Source: Tubiluchus corallicola | Lineage: Eukaryota; Animalia; Priapulida | Length of the DNA: 64,000 nt | NCBI GenBank assembly: GCA_030141605.1 | Contig: JAQGDQ010000037.1 | Span: 620,001-684,000 of the forward strand | Direction: 5' to 3' | In this document: positions 13,801 to 28,800 of the stretch, in pieces | Layout: every line of letters begins with the position of its first letter | How positions within the stretch are numbered: the first letter of the stretch is position 1 | The notes under the pieces: model-generated | Databases searched by the model: none | What the model was told of the DNA's origin: nothing | Seen by the model: the letters and a program-made list of their open reading frames with translations, nothing else | Position numbers and translations under genes: made by a program

Positions 13801-16800
13801 GTACTACAATACATTAGCTTTTGGCCGTGAAAGTTACAAGTTTTAGTAATTTTTAAGTTATAGTCGAGAAACTTTTGCATGTTAAAAATTTATTAATCAT
13901 ATGAAGTGCGGTATCTGGAATTTCCGGAGAAAGTGGATTGTTCGATGTCTGGAGAAAATAAGGCAAAAATTGTTGAGCACTAGGACCAAATACCTCTTAC
14001 AGAAGAAACAGTGTTACCTATTAAAAGAATTGCTTTCCTGTAGTTTACAACTGTATTTTAACAACTGTGACTGTGACAAATTTTTCTGGCATTTATTTTT
14101 TGGACTTGTTGCTTTTTAAATGTCTGTATCTTCGGAAAAATTTGGGAATCATCTAAAGATTTTCTGCTTATACATAACTGTCAGCGTGGTTATTTTCAAG
14201 CAATCCCATTATTTTCTTCTTATAATATCGTGGTCAAAACTTGCCACATTTTTACCACCACCTGGTATATATAATATAAAAGCTAAAAAATCCATACCCG
14301 GTTAATGCAATAGTTCTCTCATGAAGGAGGGTAAGTACAGTGCCACCAGAGCTGTCCGACTGCAACAAAAACAAGAAAAATTAAGCATCTACTTAAATTA
14401 CACAGATAATGATAGGTTCCAACAATTGTTTACTGACTTCAATATATAACAATATTCTCTACTTATTTCACAATATGCAAGATGGAGTTCCAAGATAAGT
14501 GATTCCTCAAAGTAGCTTAAAAGATTATATAACACGAACACTTTTCTCAAATTAGCGGGCAACTAATGACATCATTAATTAATTAGAAGATGACTGCGAT
14601 TGCCAGAATGTTTATAAACCATTGCAGTTTATTTTAACAATTATTACCCATTGTGGGTAATGAGTTGGAGAAAGGAGTCTGAAAAATTGTGGACTAGTCG
14701 GGATTTGACCCGAGACCTGGAAATAATACTCCCATGTTCTGCCAGCCCAGCAAGCCTGAGATTTCCTCCTTGTAGCGTACAATCCAACAGTGCCACCTCA
14801 TAGCCATGACAATAGGTGAATACTTACGGTATCAACACTTTTCTCAATGTCTCCTATTCGGTTTCTCCTTTCTTTCTCCAGTTCATTACCCGCAATGGGC
14901 AATAATTGTTATGATAAGCCGCAATACATAGATCATAAAACGTCAGTCAAGCAGCGGGGGTCCCACTCATGACGGCCAATTAGCCATCCTTTTGTCTTGC
15001 CTCTGCCTTCATCTGAGTTGCGCAACAAAAGTGACTCACAAACACGTGCAGAAATTGCACTGAAATATACTGGGAGAGTTAAGATCAAGTGGGTATTAGT
15101 ATTATCATTTCTATTTACTCCAGCCATACAAGATTTCTGCAACTAAAACTTGTCTAGGAGTAGTACAGAGACATTATAGTGGTGAAACATTATGCTTGGA
15201 TAATACTTATGTAGTTATGTAGACGTATAGTGCCTGGAAAGACTCGAAACAGTTAGATTTTTCAGCTTCTTCAAACCAAAAAACTCAAACAAATCTGCCA
15301 CTGAAAAAATCTCTCCCAGCTATGTAGATAGCATGACTTGAGACGTCAAATTAATAAAAATGCTGTCTGTCCCAATTTTTTCATTATAGCTTTTATGTTG
15401 TCACTAGAGATTGCCAAATGCTACTAATGCATTAATGTTTATTAAGGTTGAAAATCCCAGTATTTGGCAGGCCTGTTATTTACAGTTTATCTGGAATAAT
15501 TAACTTATGTTGTTTAAACCCTAACTGCTTATATAAGTCTTTAAGACTGATCATTCAAAATGTCTAATATGATCTTAAACATATGATCATTTTGTAGAAT
15601 ATAAAAGATAATTTCCTCGTACCATATTTTCTCTGTACTATATTTTCCTAGTACCAGTTAAGCTTTTCCAGTAATAAACTTTCCTAGCACCAAACCTTTT
15701 CCATACCATTTTTACCTTGTATCAGATTTACTTGTACCAAAAATGCTTGCCAACCTTTGCCAGTGTTGTATTAAATCTTCCCAGTACCACATTTTCTCTG
15801 TATCCAATTTTCCTAGTGATAAAATTTCACTGTACTAAAAATCCCTAGCAGCAAATTTTCCCGGTACCAAAATTACTAGCACTAAATTTACCTGTACGAA
15901 ACTTACTAGGGCCAAATTTTTCCACGTTTTTCATTTATTTACACTCTGTAAGCACTTACAGCGAGGGAGTTTGTGAGAATTAGTGTTATGTCATCAAGTT
16001 GGGCGGGACTAAACACAGCCGCGATCTATCTATTGTTTATAAACATTCTGGCAATCACAGTCATAATCCAACCTGTACTGATAGCATTTTACGAGTATTT
16101 TAAATTTGTATTTTAATTTTCAAAATCTACAATTGTATTTTATTGTAACAACTGATATGATGCAGTGTATTGCTCGCAAAAGAAAAATTATTATTATTGT
16201 TATTATTATTATTATTATTAACTAAAAAAATGATATAGCCCTAAAAAACTAAATGTTATCTCTAAGCAGTAATACCTTATCAATAGTATTTGTGATTGAA
16301 GCTAGCATTTCCATGACTTCTGATACCGGCTGAACATAAAACCATAGTTTATGTAACGTCAATTCTCCCTGAAAGATTATTCTCACAAATAAGGTAGCTT
16401 GTTCGAATAGCAGATTAATAAATAAAATATAAAAAAATTACAGTTGTACAGTAAGTCCTCACTTAACAACTCTTTGTTTAGCGAAATTTCCCTTTAACGA
16501 AGCTTTTTTCAGCCTTCGAGCGCTGAAATTTTGTTTACTGTACTCGCGTTTTATGAAGAAGCCCAATTAACGGAAATCACCGGTAACAGAAATAATAGAA
16601 ATTAACAGTAATAATTTGTCTTTCATTTGCATTTATGTTAATTTTTTGTGAAAATAACCCAGATGAACAGCAAAGTTCAGATGTGGGACCTGGTGCTACT
16701 AATGCTTTACAGTGTTGAAAAGAAGTTTTAGCAGAAAAAAATACAACCAATTCTAGATTATTTTCTAAAAACAAGTGCAGAAGAAAAGAATGAGGAAGAA

Positions 16801-19800
16801 ATGGCAAAAGGGGATGGATGGTAGGCAGGCATATGCAAGAAGTCTACGTTCAAATTTGAATTTTCACTGCAAATTTCAGTTTTCTTTAACTTTTAGTTAT
16901 AAATTTTCAGGAATAAAGGTCATAAAGTGTTTGATTTATGCGTCAAACACTATTACTTTTTGTACATGGCAAGGCAACTGAGAGCTTTACATATCCATGC
17001 ATTAATGATTTTGTCTTGTAGGGCAACTTAGTGAACGGTCTTAAGTGCACCACTATGATTGGTCTGTGGGTGGGAAACCCAACTGAATGCTTTTACATTG
17101 ACTTCTACGGAACGCAGTGTTTCACATAACAAAGTTTCTCTTAACGTCGCATTTTGCTTGAACGCATTAAGCAAGGACTTACTGTACTAGAAAATGTGAT
17201 GCAAAGCTATCCATTGTTGTCCAACTAAAATTGCCACTTAAGGCAAGAATGAAAAAAAATGAATTCTGTATCAGGTCATAAGAAGGCAGATACGAGAAAG
17301 AAATAAAAAGCAAGAGCGACAGTTTTTTCAAAAAATTAAATGTTGTCCATTTCCAGCAGCAAAACATCGGAAATCATAAAGAATTATACTACATAAAGAT
17401 TTCCAAATCATGAACTGATTTATAGTTCTGTTTGTATGTCTTTAATATTGAAAAAGAAGACATTTTGTACAAAACCATACACACAGTGTTATAAACATGA
17501 AGTAAGAAAGAACATACTTGATGTAGCTGATCCTCAAGCTGACAAATCTCCACAAAATAATTCTGAAAATCACAAAAACATGTTTCTAGTAATTTCACTA
17601 TTATAGTATTTGATACGTTGACTATTAATATATATGTAAATTGCACATAACGCCAATAAAATATTGAAAGCTAATATGATTTCAAAACTGACTTACCTTC
17701 ATAAGATCTCTGATAATGGCACACAAAGCATGATTCACCATACCACACACAAATGCTGATTTTTCTACAAAGAAAGCATTTATTATTATCAAGGTACTGA
17801 TTTTTTAACCATGCAATCAAATATCTTAGCTCCTTAATCAACGATTGTTACTATATCATAATACACTATCAATTCATCACATAATATTGCCCTGGGCCTA
17901 AAGGACAAAACTGATTCATGAGTTGATTCTACCTAAAATTACTAAGCAGATATCACACATTCTTAGCTATGACACTTAATAGGTCTACAATGCAAGACAC
18001 ATTATGCAACATCATTAAATATCACAAGTTAACCTTTTCACTACAGAAAACGGCACACTGCTGCCCATGTTTTTCATGCAAAGGACGGAAGGCGGTAGAC
18101 TGCCACCCAAGTTCAGCACAAAGCGCAGTCACCCAGGCCTGTTTATTTCACTGCTACGGCCATGCAAAACATTGTAGAAAAGTTTAACAGCCGTGGGATT
18201 GGGGTTGTTTCGGATCAAATAACGCTAACCAGCCAATCAGTGTCTGAAGCCATGTGCATTCCACAATACTGTACTGTATGGTATGTTACCATGCAAAATA
18301 ACTTGTAGCACGTTGAAGAAACGTATGTTTAGTTGATTGTTCTGCATTCTTACAAAATGATTGCATATTATGATTTGATTTACTTCTTTATTTCAAACTT
18401 TCGTTCATATCATATTAGTACAACATTAAAAATATATAAAACGAAAATACAAGTAAAAGTATGAATTGCATTCTTATAAAATGATTGCATATTACGAATT
18501 AGTATTGTGTCTTTTGTGAAAACTGGTTTCTAAATATAAGTTCATGCTTATTTATGAGGGTGTGCACGTATGTGTGTGCGTGAGGGCATGTATGTGTGTG
18601 CATGTGTAGCAATAAAACTAATATTTAATATTAGTACTCAATAACAAACTATTTGTTTATTCACAAGATTCTGTTGAGCAACACATCACAAGAAGTTACT
18701 GTCAAATGTGCAAAGTCAATGAGGCCCAGTTAAAAAGCAACTATGTAGTGAAAGGGTTAAGGAAGTCATAACACAATGTTTAAACTAAACTCACGTTCTA
18801 TAAATGTTGAAATAATAGAGAAGTTTGAACAGAGAGGCAGCACACGTTTCACTAGTTGCTTTGCTGATGTATCTGAAACATAAAGACAGCTGAACAAAAA
18901 CGTACCACTGACATATTTGTGAATATCTATATACAAAACAACTCTTTGCTTCCAACTTCTAGTACTAAAATACGTCATCAGTAACTACAGTAATTACAGT
19001 AGTAACAGGTTATTAATATTAGATCATTTAATTCAGTTCACGTAATTTACTCAACAGTAATTTCAACATATCAACAAAAAGAAATACTGCATCTCGTTAA
19101 TATTGACAAAAACTGAGCAAATTGCAAATAATAATTTTACCTAGACTAGTATCAATGTTAAAGGTCCAACCAGAGAACTCCTCTTTTTTGTCAGCTTTAA
19201 CATACTGGCCTGAAATTCCCTGCGAAACAAAAAATTAAATGCGCCAATCCAAAAAAGGTAAAAAGGCTACAATCCACGACTTTATTTTCTGAGGGTTCAT
19301 ATAGCAGTGTGATGTAAAAGTGTCCAGATTAAACAATGAAAATCAGCCTACACATTGTTTACAGTTTTATAGCTTACTAGATCCACATATTACATACATG
19401 TTGAACAATGGTTTACTACAATGTCAAAACTTTAAAAAACAAGTATGTAGATGGGTTGCTTAAAAAGTAAAAATACTTGTGTAAAGCACCATGGGCATGT
19501 AGAGAAAGGAAGAAAGAATAAAAAACATTGAAAGAAGAGACTAGGAGACAAGTACAGATAGACAGAGAAATACAGAGTTGTGATGGAAGATTTTAGTTTA
19601 ATTGCACATAAAAGAAAGTAATCAGAGAAAAGTGAGTTTGCAAATGCTACAAGAATAACTAGAGAGTATACTAATAAGCAAGTACAATTAGTAATTTTCA
19701 AAGACATAATTTCTGGATGTTCTTTTGAAGATAGAGTTTGAAAGCTTAATATTGTGTTTCATAATTTTGGTCCAGTATTAGCTATCAAATGCTTTACCAC

Positions 19801-22800
19801 GTCAGTTCTACAAGAATTAATTATGAATTCATTTGTTCTTGTAGCGTACAGTTTTACATTAGGAGATAACGGGCTTTTAAAGGGATACTAAAGTGTAAAG
19901 CAACATAAGTTCAGAACACTTGGCGTGTCTTATTAAAGCGATTTGCTTCGCGAACTCCTAAAGAAGAATTTTCATGTTCAAAAATTTCCGCTTTCACCCG
20001 TGATCAGCGCTACACCATCATTAGTACATTTCTTCCCGTGACGTCATCTCGTCCTCACGTATTTAGCCTGAGCAATTAAATACTAGTATATGCAGGGAAG
20101 CAGCACATTTTCTCATTGTTTATAGAGAATAATGTCTAAGTTGACTGCTAAAAATCGATACACACAGTAAACAGCAGGAACACGGAAAGTAATAGAATAA
20201 TTTTACTAATTTTTAAACAGAAGAGCTGCAAAGCTTTGATCTTCTCTGCTGGGATTCACCTTTTGAATACTTTTTCCGCCTTAGATGTTAACACTTGGTC
20301 TCTAACAACATTCATACAGTTTTTTGTCATGTATAAATGTAAATAAGTTGCTCCCTCCATGCCAGCTGAATTTAGTTGTGTATGTTACGTGAAATTCATA
20401 AAGCCATTTATGCGAGATTTTACCGTCATTTCATTACCCTCGGCACTTCAATTCCCAGGTTCCTGCATGAGGGCCCTACCTCCCTTTTACCAAACTTCCA
20501 GGAAGGGAGCCCAGGGGTGATTTTTCATTAAGGCATTTTAGAGGCAGCTTAAAATGAAACAAATTGCAGAATCTACGTTGTAGAATGATAAGCATATACA
20601 GTGCAAATAGCTAAAAATAATGCCACTCTTGAACTCTAAATTAGTAAGCAAAAGTACCAGACTGCTACTAAACAATCTATCAATTAGTTAAGTGAAAAAT
20701 TATCTAAACTCTGGAGTTTGATTGTACATGCAGCTGCTTTTATCTGCTGGTATAAAGCTCCGTGCAGGCATACAATTTTCAGCTGTGCAATTAAAAATTG
20801 CGAAATCTATAAATAATGAAAGTCTATGAGAGCGTGCAGACATATGCAACTAAAATTTTGCAATTAAAAATTGCAGTCTCTGCTAAAACTTTTAGTTGTG
20901 CAACTGGTTTGTTATGTACTGTTTTCAAAGACAGTGCACAGACATGCAATTTTTAACTGTGCAACTTTTGAACAAAACACATTAGTTAAGATGAGAAAAA
21001 ACAGTGTCTTACACAGAGGCGCTATTAAACATAGAAATGATAGAAAAGAAAAACAAATGAATGGAGATAAATCATTGTTATCGTCTCTGCTATTACCTTT
21101 CAGGAAATCCAGTGTAATTTCAATAAATGGCGATCAAAATACGAAGTTTAGAAACTGAAAGCCGTACTGTGTGAATTACAACTCAGTGCACTGAACACAT
21201 TTCTACAGCCCACTGCGGATTACTATATTACAGCTTTCAGGACTTTAATAAAACGTCGAAAATTTTACTAGTTTTTGCAGGAAAACCTTTAGGCACACGT
21301 TGGCTTTAACCCTAACAATGATGAAGTATAAAGCCACTGAGAATCGCTCCTCTGCCGGATTGCTTTTTCTCCAGCTTCGTCAAAACTATTTGGACTCATC
21401 CAATAATAACTGAACAATTTGCTTGGATGAGCCTGCAAGTCATTATAGAGCTTGTAAAATTGCCCTTTTAGTAATAGTAATCAGTAGCTAATTATTGGGT
21501 GTGTCCAATATTTCCGACGACTCTTTGTCTTCTTGCAAATTAAAGATACACAAATACAAGCAACGTCTTCAAACTCCATACCACCAGTTATACCATTTAG
21601 AATTGTTTGTCTGCGTGCCCGATTTTGATACACCAGCAAAATTGCTGCAATTTTTAGTTGGGCAACTTTTAGTTAGTATGTGTGGGGCCTAAGTACTGAT
21701 ACATTTTTTATTCACGGATCTCTAAATTTTTTCTATATGTTATGATACAGTACGCTACAAGTTTATGTGTAATTGCTAAAATTTAGAAGCTGGCAGACTG
21801 CCAACAGATATCTCTGGGTCTATGACAGTTTAGGTAGATTGGACAGTTTAGTTGACTAGCAGGTTGCACTGCGACCTTCTAAGATAATAAGCAGGTAGCT
21901 ACATTCATTGCCTTTCCTACACAAGAAAAGTAAATTGCAAAAACAGTAAAAAGTAATACATGCTCGTCTTACAAAAAAAACTATAGAAACAAAGAACGTT
22001 AACTAGACCTTGCGCCTAGAACACGACTGTTCCACAGGCCTACATTGTATACATAGTTACTTACATAATCGAACTCGTAACTATTTTGAAGCTGAGACAA
22101 TATCATAAATTACAAAACAATGAAATAATAATTTAGTGCTATAAGTCAAACAAAATGCAAAGAATTTGTTCAAACTGTTGTGTACGAATGACTCAAAGTG
22201 TGCATTTCTGATCAGCTGCTTAAATACACTCCCATACAGCATGCGCGGATATGAGGATGATTTTGCGCAAATATGGCTGCTTGGTTAGCGGTGAAAAACA
22301 ACGTATTGTAACTTCTGCAAAGGTTTTCGCATAGTGCAATGTCAGAATATGTTAATAACTTTCAATAACAAATAAGTTAAGTTCAAGTTGTATTACAGTT
22401 TAGAATATCTTTAAAGAAAGTAGGAAGTAAGTTCTGTTTAATTTTGTACATTGAAGAAGATACTATATTTTGTCAGACCATTTCTTAAAAAATCAAGTGT
22501 GAAGAACTAGACACAAACCTGCATACAGTGTAGTAAGTCACTGATGACTAGATATTCCTGATCTTTTAGAGGCAAAAGTCCAATGGGATCAACCTAATCA
22601 GTAAAAAATTGCCCATGAAACACAGTCAAGTGCATTCATATGTGTTTCAATCTCAAAAATAGACCAAAATTCATGACATTGCTAAAAATTACCATACAAA
22701 AACTAATAGCAATGAAAAATAACAGAGCCTTACGAAACTTACCATTTCATCTTTATAATCACTCAAAACAAAACCAGCTGTCAAGCTTGGACGACTTAGC

Positions 22801-25800
22801 CATTTTGGGTCGCTTGGGATGCGTGGATTCAAAGCTGAAAAATTTCACTAACATTAGCACTAATGGCTATTTAGCGATTCACACTACTTGGCGACAACGA
22901 TATAGGTAAGGTCTCAACACACAAGCAACGAATAGCATGTAGAGTATAAGCACTGGTAGACTACTCGGCCACCTAATCCAGGACACAGTAGCAGCACACT
23001 TCACAAGATAACCATAAATAAGTGAATACGTACAAATATTACCATTTTGTGTCGCAGAAAGCCGCTCTATTGCATCGGAAGGAGCATGTAAACCAGAGTC
23101 CAACTGTTTCTTCAGGGACTTTTTTAGCTACACATAAAATTACAGAGTTTACCAAATTACTCAAAAAACTGTAGGAGTCTAAGCAGTTTTAGACCCGGTT
23201 TCAACTATGCTGCATTAAAACTGTCTCAGCATCAATAAAATAGCATGCTGGTATATTAGAAAAGCAACCCAACAATAAATATAAGAGAGTTAAAGCGGGC
23301 ATATATTAAGAACTTTCAGTGTAAATTCCTAAATGGCAAGAAATAAAATGAAAAATGGAAAAGATTAAAGCAGCAAACTGTAACAATGAATAATAATCAA
23401 TGTAGAAAAACACGCTCTGAAATAGGTCTTGTAACACTAAAGGATAAGTGTCACACACTACCTGAAAAGCATAAATTTTCGAGCATCAATATAAGAGTTA
23501 ACTAAAAACTTCGAAATCCACATACATTTTCCTACATTTTATTCAAGCATATTCGAGATTACTCAGAAATAGAATATAATTATATATGGTGATTCATAAA
23601 TACGGTATGGGTTTATAAATTACCTCTGATAGTTCTATTGAGGACAACGAACTGCCACTTTGTTGGTTATCTGAGACAACTCCATCTGAAAGTGATTCAC
23701 ACAAGTTCCTTAACTCATAAAATTAAACAAACTAATCATAACATGTCACCACAGTACTATTGTCAATGGACACTAAATAATTACTAATTTGGAAACAATA
23801 TACAAAATTACATAACTTAACTAATAGAAGTTACAGAATTGTTGGCAAAGCTTTCAAGATCAGTTGACCCAAACAAGCTGTCAGTTAGCTGAAAAGGTAG
23901 TAAAACAAAAATGGCAGTCTTTTTAAGACTGAGACAATGTTCAGGATTATTATTACAGTGAAAATTTATGCCATGTTGAAATATTAACACACTATTTTAG
24001 CTAAAATTTAGAAATTTACAGTTTGTTTTTAGTTTCAAGCAAGCTGGTTTCGTAACAACTGTACTTTAAGTTCATTCAGTCTGCTAACTTATATCCTTGT
24101 AGATCAATAAGCAAAACTGTTAAAATGGTAGCAAAATAAAGCAGATATGTACAGCAGTAAAATGCACGTGTGCAAAAGACACTGAACTAAAATTTTGCCA
24201 AATATGGTATGCTCGACAACCTGTATTCTGGCATAGAATTTTTGGAATTTTTCAGACAACGCACCCAAAAAGTACGATTTCCAAACAAATCACACAGATA
24301 AAAACAAAAAAGAAATTCATTTCACAAAACAACAAGGACTGCAATGACACCAATCATAATCACAAGATGATGACAAAAAAGCTAGAACAGCTTGTACAAT
24401 GAGAATCTGCTGCTAGGAGAACAAGGTGATTAACATTTTTAAACATCAGACTTTTAGAAATGAAACATCAGTAACCAGGTCACTGTCATAGATACAACTG
24501 TCAACAAACCTGTGCCTGTCTCCGTAGATACTTGTACAACTCCATAACCTTTAACAGCAGCTTTATCGATTGCATGCTTCTCCAGAAATTTTAGTGTCTA
24601 AAAATGTTAAAATAATTAACTTTGAAATATTTTTGGCTACAAGATGGTTCAGTAACATCAGCCAGCATTTGAAAGAAGAAAATGATTTGTGATGGGGAAA
24701 ACGAAATGTTTTGTTCATTTTTATCACATGTCATTTTCACGCAACAATCGTCTAAATCACACTGTATGTTTACTTAGGTGATTGTTGCGAGGACATGACA
24801 TGTAACCACGTCGAAACATTGTATCTGAATAAAAGCCATGTCTTTTTTAAGTGACTGCTGACTGTCACTTTTGTCAAAAAAAGAAAATTTTGGCCAGTCA
24901 ACAGACACTGCATACTAATAGTAATTTATATACCACAGTATCTGTCATGCTTGAAAGAGAACTTAATTCGTTTTTCCTGTCATCTTTAATGCAAAGACAC
25001 CACTTATGACTGTGGTACAAATCAACGATTAAGTAAGTTTGAAACTAAAATTAAAAAACCGGAAATGTGAAAAGTTTAACCACATCCTAGATTTGAACCA
25101 CAGACTTACTGTTTACTGAAGCAATAGACTTTGGACGGTCATGATTGCATTGTAGTCATTTCATCTATCTTGTAAGCAGGTCTCTGGTTCAAGTCTAGGC
25201 TGTATTCAAATTGTTTACATATATTTCCTGTTTTTTAAGTTTGGCTTATGTACCGTCATTAATAACAATCTTGAAAAAAATTATAAATATTAATCCTATA
25301 TTGACCATTGCAATACTATGCTATACTACCTATGACAATTATACACATGTGTGATTCACTGAAACCACATTAGATTGGTGAGTCAGTCCTGTTATTTTAA
25401 GACAGCTAACAATTTACTGAATCGTTTACTCAGTCTCATGTGGTCTAATTTGGGGTCAACACTGCAGCTGTCTACTCAGTGATGTTATTTCATACGTTAT
25501 CACTTTTATCTCTAATTTTACGACTGGCTAAATGTTTTTCTTCACTGGTTCTTAATTTATGTCATCAGTTTGGCCTAGATTAACTTTGCTTCTTTTCAAA
25601 ATTTAACCTAAACATTCACTGGTGCAGGTCAAGACAGCTTCTTAAAAATTTAGCATTTTCTTTTAAGGTTCTTATATGTACAACTTTTTACCATAGAATA
25701 AGCTTCCTGTTAACTACAACTTCACGTGTTTTAAGAAGATTGTCAACGGACAGGAAATTACTTGTTCTATTTTTCTGCATCTGTATTTTACAATTTCATA

Positions 25801-28800
25801 TTTTCACTATCTTGCACTGAGTGGCCACTGGCTTTGTTTGAAATAATATGCATGAAAATACACCAGTTTTTAAAAAAATGAACTGTTACAATTGAAACGA
25901 TCATCTAATTTACAAAGTAAGTTTAATACCTTACCTCTCTACGCTGTAACTTCGCTAACAATGTAACGACAGAGTCTAGATCCCTGACACTATAAAAACA
26001 AAGACCACAGTCACCATTATAAGACTACTTCATTACCAATTTAGCAAAACAATTAATAAAGAATAGCAAATTTTGACGATATTAAATATAGCATGGATGA
26101 CCAATTATATTGACAAACATAAGCAAGTTACAATAGTCTAAATACAATCTTAAAAAACACAACTGCTGTAAATACATATGTACTACGAACATACTTTTTG
26201 CCTTTGAGGTTATCATACTTTTTCAAGAAAGCGCCTTGATCTTTGGAAGTTTCTGCAAATTTTTGCTTCGAAGTTTGTACCAAGACCTGTAAATAAATAG
26301 CCATTGTAATGGTAAAATGTGCAATTTACCACGAATAGTTTAGAACAATGTAATTTAAAAGTAGTCCATTGTCAAGGCCTGTTATAAAAACCAAGTGACA
26401 AGGACCAATAGGCCTTAAACTTAGTCCAACATATTTTTAAGACCAAACTGATTTAAGCTCTAGTCAAACAAGTTTTAAACTTTGCTTTACAAAACTAACT
26501 TGATGTCATGACAGGGTTGTATACTTATCGGTTCTCTGGTCAGTGCCTACACGTTACTTAACTGTAAAGAACCGAGAGACATGATTTCTTTTTCCCACTC
26601 TCATACGCCAGCACACATTTAGAGATCTAAAATTTAAAATTCTATATCATCAGCTAAAGACAACTGTCGGGCAGACTGAGGTTACCAGACATCTTTTTTT
26701 CTGACGTCTCGTTTCTAGGCCATGTTTTTTCCCTGTTTCACTTTGTCCTAAATTGTATTTCTTCGTTGGTTCGCGTTTTCACAAAAAAGCAATATTATAA
26801 ATGATAAACTTAGTATGAATTTTATAAGCTTTCATCAATTTTGATGTCATTGTACGTACAGTTTGCACATATCTGCTGTTCAGTTGTCTTTGAATCGCGC
26901 TTTCGTTAACCATAGCAGCTAACAACACATTATCATTATCTGTCAAATTCAAGCTTAGTTTACGTTAATGCTGTTAGACTTAGAATTATGTTAAAAAAGT
27001 AAAAATTGAACGATCCTACTGTTTCACAGTTGATAACTAGTTTGTTTAATATATTTGCCTTTTTTCAAAAACTGAAAATGCTTTTAAAGTATTATTCATT
27101 GTAACGACAAACTTTAAGAGAACGTGCTCATTTAGCGGACATAATCTTTGCTATTGAAGACAATGTGCTCTTTAGTTTTTACTTCCTGTACACATGCACA
27201 CAATACAAACAGTGAATAGTATTTGCAGCTAATCTATTGTACATACTGGAGGTAGAACAGTCGGATCTGTTTTGTTTTTTGCTAAAAATTCTACATACTC
27301 TTCGGCAAGCGACTGTGCTCCTTCTCTTGAGGGTAACCTATAAAACAATACAATCACATTAAAACTTATCTGGGAAAAGTCTCAAAAGCGAGACAATACT
27401 CTAGAGGCATCAAAACTACTTACCAATATATAAAAGCGTATACAATTCGTTCATACCGTAGACCATAGACGTAAGGCCTAAACTTACATATATTTGAGTG
27501 CTTCATTTGTTATTTGTCTATTTTACCTTGTGTTCAGTTAATATTACATTATAGTCATTCACAAGGCTGCAGCTGCCTTGTATTCCTGTAACCTTTCTAA
27601 AAGTATAATTTATTCTCATTTGCTGCTTGCTTCATTTATTTATCCACTTATTATAGACATTAACAAGGTTAGAGTACCATTGTTTTTTCCTGTTTCTCCA
27701 GCGCCCTACTTAATTTAAGTAAGCTACGTTTTACCAAATTAGTAGGTATTATAATTCATTGGCTTGCTGTTATTTTTAACAGTATGTAACAAATGTGAAT
27801 ACTATTTTAGTTAGGCAATATGATGGGTTCTTGGCCTGATTAAATAAAAAGAGATTGCTTGGTAATAAATGTGTACTTCAACATTGCTGGACTTCATGAT
27901 GAATTCTTGACTTAAATTTCATTGACTGCGTGATAATAAATGAGAAAGCCGTATTAGTTAGGGCATCATTATGGACTTTTTTCCTATTACGTTAAGCGCC
28001 GCTTAATAGACTCACTTTGGAACCGAAGTGTTTTGACCCAATTAACTGACTGAACCTATTAACCGATGGATGTAGTATTAGTGGTATAGAAGTATGAGCG
28101 ATCAGCTTAATGTGCACTGCAAAGGTTTTTAATGAATTTTAGAAACGAAATAATGCGTAAATTCCTTTGTCCAGTTAAAAATTTAACAATTTTTTTTAAA
28201 TATTAATTTATATAAGTGAATTAGCAATAAGTTAAAAGTATACTTTTCTAAATCACACAAATCTGTTTATTTGCAAAAATTACAAAAATTTCTTCAAAGT
28301 CGGCTGCTTCATTTTCTCGCGAAGAAGTTTGTTCACAAAGTTTTCATAATTATAAAAATGTTGAAAATCTGTTGCTGTGTAATGCACATATTCTCGTAAA
28401 ACATTTAGCGCTTGGCGTGCTTGAGCTGCAGTTGGTGGTGCCCTTCACAGTCTTTTCCTGTGCGTCACCTCTTATATGCTAGTATCTCATTTTGTCCTGC
28501 TGGCTGCCCAATTTCAGATCGTTTTTTTCAAAATTCTGGCGAGAGTACAGGGAATACCGGCTTATTACTGTACCTGCATCTTTGACTGTTAACTGATTAA
28601 GTGTGAAACGAGAGCTTCAAAAGGAAACCGCCAGACAAGTGATTAAATGTTTAACTTCCAGAAATTCTTGGGTAACGTTCATTAATTTAATAAGTTGCGG
28701 GCTCATAATATTGATTTTTCGTTCTTTTAGTTTATTTCACAAATTCACACAAATGATTAAAATTATTTCATTTAAATGATATTTTCAGAAGTATGTTAAT

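Noticed and set aside
15610-15925. Possible CRISPR-like array
   Set aside because: Contiguous degenerate units with no unique spacers, in a eukaryotic intron, with no cas genes.
23835-23888. Exon-like segment LTDSLFGSTDLESFANNS
   Set aside because: Phase incompatible with the flanking exons; gives a stop in the required frame.
27878-27922. - strand MKFKSRIHHEVQQC*, resembling the human GCP2 start RIHHDV
   Set aside because: In-frame stop and wrong phase; the exon at 29682-29630 fits in phase and sequence.
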